DNA from: an uncultured Oscillospiraceae bacterium
GTDB lineage: Bacteria; Bacillota; Clostridia; UMGS1840
Direction of reading: 5' to 3'
NCBI GenBank assembly: GCA_964537245.1
Contig: CAZHZL010000001.1
Location: forward strand, 4,421 to 68,420
DNA: 64,000 nucleotides
Numbering within the stretch: the first letter of the stretch is position 1; each line of letters opens with the position of its first letter. The notes beneath the pieces were generated by a model, which made no database searches, had not been told where the DNA came from, and worked only from the letters and a program-made list of their open reading frames with translations. Below, in pieces: positions 48,772-56,909 of the stretch. A program made the translations under genes and the position numbers.

Positions 48772-49437
48772 GTGGACACAAAAAAATTCTTACAGCAAGT
48801 GCATAAAAAACTTACACAGTTAGGTATTTCAGAAACTAAGATCAGAAATGATTGTATTGAAATTTACGAGGAAGATAATGTAGTCTTTAAAATTGATGGA
48901 AAAAGAGGAATGTTTTATTCGGCGGATAAACAATTCAGAGATGTAGTAGATAAGCTGCATGATAAAATACAGCCGATTGTCTGTGATGTAGAAGAATATT
49001 TAAAAGTAATGGAAAACAGCATTGAGTTAAAAGCAAGAGATTTTAATATGCCATACAGAAAACTTACAGAGTTTAATGGAGTCGTTTTTGCAGGAACAGA
49101 ACATAATAACGGTAAATATGAATTTGCTACATGGGATTATTCCAATAATTCGTTATATCATGGACATTATTATACAGATTACAAGAGTGCGAAAGAGGAC
49201 TTTGCAACTCGTTCAGGCTTAGTTTGTGAGAAGCTTATTTTTAACAAGAATGAATTGGTAGAAATATATCGTTGCATAGAAGATACTCTTGGAAATGGTT
49301 ATGAATTATCTGACGAACAGACTAAGATGCTTGAAGAAATACAGAATCGTATCAAAACCTCAGTAGATAATTTTGATGAAGCCTTAAGAGAAGCAATGGA
49401 AAAGAGCGAAGAAAATAATTTTGAACAATCTATATAG
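48772..49437 (+). CDS. Hypothetical protein (mobile-element associated)
   Basis: GTG start 8 nt after AAGGAGG. The upstream part of the track ORF crosses a terminator, so the start was trimmed. 221 aa. Confidence 0.45.
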   Translation: MDTKKFLQQVHKKLTQLGISETKIRNDCIEIYEEDNVVFKIDGKRGMFYSADKQFRDVVDKLHDKIQPIVCDVEEYLKVMENSIELKARDFNMPYRKLTEFNGVVFAGTEHNNGKYEFATWDYSNNSLYHGHYYTDYKSAKEDFATRSGLVCEKLIFNKNELVEIYRCIEDTLGNGYELSDEQTKMLEEIQNRIKTSVDNFDEALREAMEKSEENNFEQSI

Positions 49438-49453
49438 AAAAGGAGTTGAAAAA

Positions 49454-50614
49454 ATGTTTCAGATAAAAACGAAGTATTTGGATAATGAGATAAAAATAGA
49501 TTTCCCCTGCAATAACAACACCCTATATGCAAAGCTTGCAGAATTACATGTGCCGGATGATGAAAAGAAATCCATACAGCTTTTCATAAATGAAATTGAC
49601 TATGAGGAATTAAAAGGACTTGAAAATCAGTTTGTTGATCCTGATGTTTTGAATTTCATTGCACAGAAGATGGATAGCTTTGATAAGAACGAATTAAAGA
49701 AATTTAATGCGGTAGTGAGAACATATAATATTGCTACACCGAGAGAACTCGTGAACCTTACATACAATATGCATTATTACACACTAATTGAAGATATGAG
49801 TGACCTTTTCAAAGTAGGAAAAACTCATATGCTTACAAGAAATATCGCATTGTCATCAGACAACAGCGAGGGACATGACTTTTATAAAATCGGTCAAAAT
49901 CTTATGGAATCAGGAACCGGAAAGATGACACAGTATGGAATAATATTTGTAAATGATGATTTAGAATATGAAAAAACGTATGTTGGTAAATCACTACCAT
50001 CATTTGAGTATGACGGTAGCAAGGTCATAACTGTAGAATTGATAAACGGTGATAAAAGTGCGTATGTTTACTTGCCGGATTGTGCGTTTGCTATTGACAG
50101 AGCGATAAACAGAATTGAGGCAGAATCTATAGAAGATTGCAAGGTGTATGTGGACGGATATAATTTGGAAGAAGAAGGCTATGAAACGCTCCTCGGAAAT
50201 GTGCTTGAAAATGAAGGTGTTTATGCATTAAATAACTTGACTTCCGAACTTAAAAAATTAGATCGTTGGAAATTGTATGACTTTAAAGCGATTATAGAAT
50301 ATGCGGATGTGTCGGATAGTGAAAATCTTATAAGACTTGCGCAGAACATAAACTGCTTCATTGTATATGATGATGTCGATGATGCAGAATCACTTGCCCG
50401 TGAATGGATTGATGCACATGATGAATATTATATCAATACGGATTTGCAGGATTTCTTTGATTACGAAGAATATGGAGAACACCTTTGTAGAAACTTTGAA
50501 GGAAAATACTTGGGTGCGAGTGGTTTTGTGGGAATCCGTGAAGAATACGATTTGGACAATATTATAGTGATAAAAGAACAGGAACAGGGGATGCAAGGAA
50601 TAACCGGAATGTGA
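49454..50614 (+). CDS. Antirestriction protein ArdA-like, tandem-domain
   Basis: C-terminus DLQDFFDYEEYGEHLCRNFEGKY aligns by eye with Tn916 ArdA SLQNYIDYQAYGRDLDLSGTF. An internal duplicated ELN-LA..L..L-type helical module is present. Confidence 0.55.
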   Translation: MFQIKTKYLDNEIKIDFPCNNNTLYAKLAELHVPDDEKKSIQLFINEIDYEELKGLENQFVDPDVLNFIAQKMDSFDKNELKKFNAVVRTYNIATPRELVNLTYNMHYYTLIEDMSDLFKVGKTHMLTRNIALSSDNSEGHDFYKIGQNLMESGTGKMTQYGIIFVNDDLEYEKTYVGKSLPSFEYDGSKVITVELINGDKSAYVYLPDCAFAIDRAINRIEAESIEDCKVYVDGYNLEEEGYETLLGNVLENEGVYALNNLTSELKKLDRWKLYDFKAIIEYADVSDSENLIRLAQNINCFIVYDDVDDAESLAREWIDAHDEYYINTDLQDFFDYEEYGEHLCRNFEGKYLGASGFVGIREEYDLDNIIVIKEQEQGMQGITGM

Positions 50615-50627
50615 AAGGAGAGGTAAA

Positions 50628-50882
50628 ATGCAGAATTATTTGAGTAAAAGTGAGAGAATTCAAAACTACATTAAAGAAATTCTTGCTGATGAGCAGAGGC
50701 ACAGTATGAAAGAAATAACAGAGTATGTAGATGAAAAAATTAAAGAAAATGGCGAATTCGTATTTCAAATCAATTCATATGTGAATGCAGCGATGAAATT
50801 ATTGATGAAAAATGGTGGTTACGCCAAAGTTGCACATGGTGTATATCAAAAAGGGGGTATCCCATATACTCCTGCACCATAA
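50628..50882 (+). CDS. Small winged-helix-like protein
   Basis: 84 aa with RBS AAGGAGAGG. Shares a roughly 65-aa domain with the next gene. Confidence 0.5.
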   Translation: MQNYLSKSERIQNYIKEILADEQRHSMKEITEYVDEKIKENGEFVFQINSYVNAAMKLLMKNGGYAKVAHGVYQKGGIPYTPAP

Positions 50883-50921
50883 AGAGAGAGCGACTTAGAA
50901 AAAACGGACTTTAGAAGCATT

Positions 50922-51797
50922 ATGATATCTATAAAAGCTTATGCAAGAAAAATTGATGAATTGTTCACCGGAAAATCACCATTTGAGGAAATGGAAACAA
51001 AAGAAGCTGAATCGTATAATGCTATAAAAAAGCATTCTTTAGATGTGGCAAAAAAACTTAAAATAAATGCTGACAAGCTCCTTAGTATGACAGATTTACG
51101 ATATGAAAATGGTCGTAACGGGGTTATAAGAAAATATTTTAAGGAATGTCTTGCAGATGGGAAACCACATAAAATGAATGATATAAAAGACTATATTTTT
51201 GCAAAAATGAAAGAAAACGGTGAATACAACGGAGAAAGAAGCAGTTCATACATATATACTGCTGTAAGAACACTTGTTGAGAATGAGGGTGAATATAAAA
51301 AAGTTGCAAGAGGAGTATATCAGATTAGAAGTGAACAAGAAGTCATATCCGGAGGCTCATTATACTCAATGGATGACGTGGGTAAATTACTTAATAGTGG
51401 ATTTACTCTTTCTGAAAAAGATATAAGAAATCTGATATCTGTTGAATTAGCAAAGACCGGAATAAAAAACGAAGAAATTATAAGTCAAATTTCTGATAAT
51501 TTGGAAAGCAGTATTGATAATATATCGTACCTGATCGCATTTGCAGAGGATTATATGGATCGCAGAGAAGAAGCGGAAGAAAATCAAGGTATCGTAACAC
51601 TACAAAGACCTTTAGAAACTATATGCGATTATTTTATACCCGATACCAATCAGTTCGTCAAAGAATTTACTCAATGCATCAATGAGGTTGCAAGTGAGAA
51701 AAGATGCAATTATGGTATGCTCGAAGAATATGAGCAATTGGACGAGAAAGATATTGCTGACAACGAGCCGGGAAATGAACAGGAAATAACACTGTAA
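50922..51797 (+). CDS. Hypothetical protein carrying the same winged-helix-like domain
   Basis: Residues about 68-135 (IRKYFKECLADGKPHKMNDIKDY...KKVARGVYQIR) are paralogous to the ORF at 50628. The RBS is weak. Confidence 0.45.
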   Translation: MISIKAYARKIDELFTGKSPFEEMETKEAESYNAIKKHSLDVAKKLKINADKLLSMTDLRYENGRNGVIRKYFKECLADGKPHKMNDIKDYIFAKMKENGEYNGERSSSYIYTAVRTLVENEGEYKKVARGVYQIRSEQEVISGGSLYSMDDVGKLLNSGFTLSEKDIRNLISVELAKTGIKNEEIISQISDNLESSIDNISYLIAFAEDYMDRREEAEENQGIVTLQRPLETICDYFIPDTNQFVKEFTQCINEVASEKRCNYGMLEEYEQLDEKDIADNEPGNEQEITL

Positions 51798-51803
51798 TGG
51801 GAG

Positions 51804-52841
51804 GTGAATGAATTGACCAGAGAAGAATTTTTTTACGATAAAGTAAAGCGAGAATACGATGAGTACATAGAAACAATTCGTGATTGGGACAGTGATAAAC
51901 TCATAAACAATGCAAAATACATTGGCGACTTTATGAGAATTTACGAATATCTTATGAGAGATAAGCCTATAAACGAAAATTCATACCTTGATTACTATGA
52001 ACGACTAAAAAAACCATTGGAAATGATTTGCGATAGATATCAGGAGGACAAACCGCCTATATACGACCTTGTCAATAGTACGATATGGGATTTGGGCAGA
52101 GAACAGTTACCGGATGAATCGTATAGTGATATAAAATGCAAGTTTCTGCAAAAGGTAGCTGATAATTACCATGATCCGAGTAACGAAAGTCTTTCAATGA
52201 ATGCACACAATATACTTATGTTTGTATACGAATATATCAGATGCCACATCGACTTTGCTACAGATGAGGAAGTAAAAGTGCTTATGCAATTCAAAAATCC
52301 TCTCAAAGTAATCATGGATACAGTACCAAAATCAGGAAAAGAGTTTGAAAAGCGAATTTCATACACGGCGGAAGTTGTTCAGAATAGGGATATTATGACA
52401 ATGCCATATGAGCTTGATCAGTATTATCTGATGCCTGAAACAAAATTCAGGCACAACGCTATAAATAACATTAACAACCTTGTTTTATTTCCGGATTTTA
52501 ATGTAACGATGAATTGGCTCAGGCTTTGCAGGGATATAGTTTCAGATGATGAAATTAATGAAAATCCTTATTCGGAGCTTATAGATGCATTTGATACTGT
52601 ATTGGGAGAACAAGGGAGCAATACTTTGCAGGAGCTTTATTTGATGGGAAGAGAGCATTGCATCCTTCCCAATGAAGTAATTGAAGCAGGAAAGTACCTT
52701 GCTGATGACGGAGATATCAATAAAGTTCCAAAACTTGCAGAATACGGATACTTTGACGGACCATATGAAGAAAATCGCTATTCTGCTGAAGAGTTCCTTG
52801 AAATACAAGGCGAAGAGCAGGGCGAAATGACTATGATGTAG
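51804..52841 (+). CDS. Hypothetical conjugative-element protein (possibly DUF3848/DUF3849-like)
   Basis: Start is either GTG at 51804 or TTG at 51813, after GGGAGG. The family assignment is only a recollection. Confidence 0.4.
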   Translation: MNELTREEFFYDKVKREYDEYIETIRDWDSDKLINNAKYIGDFMRIYEYLMRDKPINENSYLDYYERLKKPLEMICDRYQEDKPPIYDLVNSTIWDLGREQLPDESYSDIKCKFLQKVADNYHDPSNESLSMNAHNILMFVYEYIRCHIDFATDEEVKVLMQFKNPLKVIMDTVPKSGKEFEKRISYTAEVVQNRDIMTMPYELDQYYLMPETKFRHNAINNINNLVLFPDFNVTMNWLRLCRDIVSDDEINENPYSELIDAFDTVLGEQGSNTLQELYLMGREHCILPNEVIEAGKYLADDGDINKVPKLAEYGYFDGPYEENRYSAEEFLEIQGEEQGEMTMM

Positions 52842-52853
52842 GGAGGTGTGAAT

Positions 52854-53417
52854 ATGAGCAGAATTGATAACATTAAACAATATGCGTTGGAAAGAGATGA
52901 AGCAGAACGAATAAGACAAGAAAAAATCTTCCAAAGAAAGCAAGGATATATTGAACAGATAAAGGCATTCGGACCAAGAATTAAAGAACTGATAGAGGTA
53001 GCAAATGCCTGTTTAGAGAATGGTGTCGAAATAAATTGGCAAGGTAAATCAGATAGTCAATATCATGATGAATGGAATCATGCAACATTTTGTACCAATT
53101 GTTCAACACATAGGGTAGGTTTTGTATGGCAGTATAAAGACCATAAGTTTATTAACAGAATAGAGGCAATGGGAATTGATGGCGGCGGTGCAAACGGAGA
53201 ATATTATTTGAGGACAAATGGTGATTACCTTATTTCAAGAGTTGGTCGAAGCTATGATGCTGAATGTAATGAACTTGACGAATACCAGTTGGAAACATTC
53301 GTGAGAACCTTTGGTAAATTTGAAAAAGCATTTTATAAGTATGTAGATAATTTGCTGCCTTCAATAAAAAATACTGAAATTCAGAATGAAGAACAAGGTG
53401 GGATGAATCTATGCTAA
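52854..53417 (+). CDS. Hypothetical protein
   Basis: ATG 7 nt after GGGAGG. 187 aa, no recognised motif. Confidence 0.45.
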   Translation: MSRIDNIKQYALERDEAERIRQEKIFQRKQGYIEQIKAFGPRIKELIEVANACLENGVEINWQGKSDSQYHDEWNHATFCTNCSTHRVGFVWQYKDHKFINRIEAMGIDGGGANGEYYLRTNGDYLISRVGRSYDAECNELDEYQLETFVRTFGKFEKAFYKYVDNLLPSIKNTEIQNEEQGGMNLC

Positions 53418-53803
53418 AAAAGCTGAAGAACAAGCGAGGAAGCGGATACATTGATGTTGTAGTCATAGTGTTATCAGCAATCCTTGTAATTGCACTTGCG
53501 ACAAGTGTGTTCCCTGTATATATAGCAAAATCACAGCTTGACAGTTTCACTCAGGAGCTTTGCCGAGAAGCAGAAATCTGCGGCAGAATAGGAAGTGAAA
53601 CAACAAGCCGGGAAATAACTCTCACCGAAAGACTTGGAATTGAGCCAGATGTGGAATGGTCCAAGACAGGAAGAATTCAGCTTAATGAAGAATTCACAGT
53701 AACGGCAACTTTGGAGTATGACATTGGTTTCGGTGCTTTCGCATCATTTCCTGTTACACTTACATCAAAGGCCATAGGCAAAAGTGAGGTGTATTACAAG
53801 TGA
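53411..53803 (+). CDS. DUF4320-like protein (Tad/Flp-type pilus locus component of Firmicute conjugative elements)
   Basis: N-terminus KNKRGSGYIDVVVIVLSAILVIALA is a prepilin/TadE-like TM segment. 130 aa. Confidence 0.5.
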   Translation: MLKKLKNKRGSGYIDVVVIVLSAILVIALATSVFPVYIAKSQLDSFTQELCREAEICGRIGSETTSREITLTERLGIEPDVEWSKTGRIQLNEEFTVTATLEYDIGFGAFASFPVTLTSKAIGKSEVYYK

Positions 53804-53880
53804 GAAAGTTTAATAACAAAGGCAATGCGACTGTTTTATCAGTCGCAATTTGCCTTGCGATAATCCTTGTATGCGGGTAA
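53800..53880 (+). pseudogene. Truncated TadE/pseudopilin-like stub (26 codons)
   Basis: GTG overlaps the previous stop. VRKFNNKGNATVLSVAICLAIILVCG is followed by a stop, so only the N-terminal TM segment remains. Confidence 0.35.
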
Positions 53881-54044
53881 GGATAATTTGATGAGAGAAA
53901 TTGAGTTAAGAGAAAGTGTAGTTTCAGATTATAAAGAAGAAAGAACAACATCATCAAAATCGAGAGGAACAGGAACGATTTTTACGCCTGTGATTGAAGT
54001 GAATAAACCTGATGAAAAAAATACGGAAGGGGAATATGAGGTAA

Positions 54045-54323
54045 ATGCTATCAAACAACACAAAGCAAGACAAGGTTAAAGATTTATATTTTGCTGATCT
54101 GCCACCCAGAGCATATTCTGTATATTATTATTTATTTCATAAATGCTATAATAAGGAATTCTGTTTTCCTGCAATATCCACTATATGCCGTGAAACCAAG
54201 CTTTCAAGAAGTACCGTAAAAAGAGCTTTGGATGATTTAAAAAGAGCAGGATTTTTGGATAAAGAAAGATGGTACAGAAAAGACGGAAGCAACAGCAGTA
54301 ATTTATATAAATTGGGCGAATAA
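54045..54323 (+). CDS. Helix-turn-helix (winged helix) DNA-binding protein, mobile-element type
   Basis: FPAISTICRETKLSRSTVKRALDDLKRAGFLD. The upstream overlapping ORF at 53867..54079 in another frame hints at disruption. Confidence 0.5.
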   Translation: MLSNNTKQDKVKDLYFADLPPRAYSVYYYLFHKCYNKEFCFPAISTICRETKLSRSTVKRALDDLKRAGFLDKERWYRKDGSNSSNLYKLGE

Positions 54324-54523
54324 AAAATATATTTGGATAATACGCAACCCGTCTGCCTATTTCGTGAACCGAGGTAGGTTCACTGTGAACCCACAAGAAG
54401 ACTAAAATTAAATGGGGATACAGAAAAAGAAATATTTTAATAAATTTATTATTTCAAAAAAAGGGGATATCTATGTTATCCATTGTTCAAGCGGTTATCC
54501 ATTCTGTTTATTCTAACCATTAT

Positions 54524-55261
54524 TTATTCATTTTTATAATACATTTTTCTATATTTAAGAGGTGATAGACCAACATGTTTTTTAAAACATGTCGAAAAAT
54601 AAAAGCTATCGCTAAACCCACAAGAATATGCTACAGCTTCAATGCTTACAAATGTGTTTTGAACCAAAAAAATCTTTGCTTGATTTATTCTAAGCATTGT
54701 CATATATTCAAGTGGCGGTTTACCTATAATTTTTTTAAAGCATCTTCTTAAATAGATAGGATTATATCCGGAATCTTCGATTTCTTTTGTTAAATCAAAG
54801 TTAATATTTGAAAGATTATTATAAATTGTATTTTTTAAAACATTTACAAATGGATAATTATGTTCATTTTTTGAAAGTTTATTTATGTATGAACAAATTG
54901 TTTCAGTAAGATTATCAGCGATATTTGAATAGTGAAATTCTCTTTCAGTAAGCGTTTGGTGAAGCATATTCATTAGTGCAAGAATATTACCGTCCGTATC
55001 ATGAGTGAAAACTACATCGAAAAAATCAAGCTTTTTTGCTTGCACATACATATCGGTATAGAAATCATCAGAAAAGCTTGAATGTGTGGTGTTTGGTGGG
55101 ATTACCATAATATCACCTGGTGCGACTGTGTGCTTTTTATCACCGATAAAAACAGTTGCACAACCGGAAATATGCAGAATAATCTCCCAAGTTGAGTGAG
55201 AATGAGGCTGGCAATGGTTAATAGGTATTTTACATTTTGAACATAATTCTGTATTCATCAT
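54524..55261 (-). CDS. AraC family regulator (cupin + HTH)
   Basis: Start trimmed to MMNTEL (GGAG RBS). The upstream part of the track ORF contains TTGACA..TAAAAT promoter-like boxes. C-terminal AraC HTH. Confidence 0.75.
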   Translation of the reverse strand: MMNTELCSKCKIPINHCQPHSHSTWEIILHISGCATVFIGDKKHTVAPGDIMVIPPNTTHSSFSDDFYTDMYVQAKKLDFFDVVFTHDTDGNILALMNMLHQTLTEREFHYSNIADNLTETICSYINKLSKNEHNYPFVNVLKNTIYNNLSNINFDLTKEIEDSGYNPIYLRRCFKKIIGKPPLEYMTMLRINQAKIFLVQNTFVSIEAVAYSCGFSDSFYFSTCFKKHVGLSPLKYRKMYYKNE

Positions 55262-55348
55262 TACATCTCCAGTTAGTATTAATAGAATATCTATAATGAT
55301 TTTATCATAAAAAGTTTGTTTTGTCAATATTTGAGTTTGTATTGTCTA

Positions 55349-55377
55349 TTCCAAACTCTATTAAAATACTGTATAAT
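55349..55377 (+). promoter_or_regulatory. Putative promoter of the sugar operon (divergent from the AraC gene)
   Basis: TTCCAA, 17-nt spacer, TATAAT. Confidence 0.4.
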
Positions 55378-55421
55378 TAAATCAGTGATAATTATCATAA
55401 ATTTCAAAAGGAGATATTCGT

Positions 55422-56411
55422 ATGAAAAAGTTAGTTTCTGTAGGTCCTAAAAAAAGCAAACTTATTGAAGTAGATATGCCCAAAATCGAAAAAGCAGATC
55501 AGGTGCTTGTGAAGCTTAAGTACTGCGGTGTGTGTATGTCGGAGCATTATGATTGGGCAACTGCAAAGGAAGGAATGAGCTTTGGACATGAGGGTATGGG
55601 GGTAGTAACTGAAGTTGGAGATAATTGTAAAAGAGTTAAGGTTGGTGACCGAGTAAGTGGCCCGCTTTATGGTGGAGCTGAATATGCAATTATTGATGAA
55701 TATAATTGTAGCATAATCCCTGAAAATGTAAAGGATGAAGATGCAATTTTAGAGCCGCTGGGATGTCTTTTTAGTGCGGTGAGCAAGGTTAGAATTCCTG
55801 TTATTGGAGATAAGGTTTGTGTAGTTGGTTGTGGATATATGGGTTGTGGAGCAATAAGCCTTTTGACAAAAAGAGGTGCACATGTTGTGGCAGTTGATAT
55901 AAGAAGAGAATGTCTTGAAAATGCCAAAAAATATGGTGCAAAGGAATGTTATACACCTGATGAGGTAAAGGCGAAATATTTGTCATCAACAACATCTGAT
56001 GTTGCAGGAGTATTTAGTTCTGGAAGTGGGTTCTCTCTTGTAATGGAATGGGGAGAAAATAATGAATCATTGGATTTGGCGATTAACTTAACTGCGGAAT
56101 GCGGACAATTGGCAGTTGGTGCTTATCATACAGGAGAAAAAAGACTGGTAGATATGCAACAGTTAGGGGTAAAGGCTATTGATTTATTAAATACTCATCC
56201 AAGAGAATGGCAATTATTGTTAGACGGATGTAATAATGCACTAAAACTGATTGAAGAAAATGATTGGAACTTCAAAAGTGTTACAACCAAAATATATCCG
56301 ATTACCATGTTTGACACTGCACAAGAGGAGCTTGAAATTAAATATGGTAAATGGATGAAGGCATTGGTTGACTGGACAAAATTTGACGGTGAACCGTACA
56401 TAATTTATTAA
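55422..56411 (+). CDS. Zn-dependent MDR alcohol/polyol dehydrogenase
   Basis: CGVCMSEHY and FGHEGMGVV catalytic-zinc motifs, VVGCGYMGCG Rossmann fold. Confidence 0.8.
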   Translation: MKKLVSVGPKKSKLIEVDMPKIEKADQVLVKLKYCGVCMSEHYDWATAKEGMSFGHEGMGVVTEVGDNCKRVKVGDRVSGPLYGGAEYAIIDEYNCSIIPENVKDEDAILEPLGCLFSAVSKVRIPVIGDKVCVVGCGYMGCGAISLLTKRGAHVVAVDIRRECLENAKKYGAKECYTPDEVKAKYLSSTTSDVAGVFSSGSGFSLVMEWGENNESLDLAINLTAECGQLAVGAYHTGEKRLVDMQQLGVKAIDLLNTHPREWQLLLDGCNNALKLIEENDWNFKSVTTKIYPITMFDTAQEELEIKYGKWMKALVDWTKFDGEPYIIY

Positions 56412-56462
56412 TACTAAGACAGGGGGAGTTTTTTCTTCGCCTGTGGTATAATGGAGGAAAAC

Positions 56463-56909
56463 ATGAAAATAGCAATAGGAAATGACCATGTGGCAGTGGA
56501 AATGAAAAATCATATAACAAAATATCTGCAAGATAAAGGTTATGAGGTTGTAAACTTCGGCACTGACTCTGTTGACAGGTGCGACTATCCTGTTTACGGC
56601 AAAAAAGTAGCTGAAGCAGTTGCAAGTGGTGAATACGAAAGAGGAATTTTAATCTGCGGAACAGGGATAGGTATGTCTCTTGTAGCAAACAAGGTGAAGG
56701 GGATAAGAGCAGCAGTTTGCTCGGAGGCATATTCAGCAAGACTTACCCGCCAGCATAACAATTCAAATATAATTGCCTTTGGTGCTAATGTTGTTGGAGA
56801 AGCAACTGCAAAAATGATTGTTGATGAATTTTTAAATACAGAGTATGAGGGTGGCAGGCATCAAAATAGAATTGATATGATAACTGCTATTGAAAATGGA
56901 GAAATGTGA
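56463..56909 (+). CDS. rpiB: Ribose-5-phosphate isomerase B / sugar-phosphate isomerase (RpiB/LacAB family)
   Basis: MKIAIGNDHVAVEMK, LICGTGIGMSLVANK and HNNSNIIAFG motifs. Confidence 0.85.
   Translation: MKIAIGNDHVAVEMKNHITKYLQDKGYEVVNFGTDSVDRCDYPVYGKKVAEAVASGEYERGILICGTGIGMSLVANKVKGIRAAVCSEAYSARLTRQHNNSNIIAFGANVVGEATAKMIVDEFLNTEYEGGRHQNRIDMITAIENGEM

Larger units (their letters stand above)
48453..54400. mobile_element. Degraded conjugative-element (ICE/plasmid-type) fragment next to tRNA-Thr/Tyr
   Basis: Contains an ArdA-like gene, a DUF4320 pilus-locus gene next to a truncated neighbour, and an HTH gene. All genes are co-directional. No integrase, relaxase or T4SS genes are present. Confidence 0.5.

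Noticed and set aside
48452-54515. Possible att-like direct repeat flanking the island (ttatcca..gtttat near 48452 and near 54499).
   Set aside because: Only about 13 discontinuous matching bases in AT-rich DNA, and there is no copy of the tRNA-Tyr 3' end at the right boundary. This is not sufficient to call att sites.
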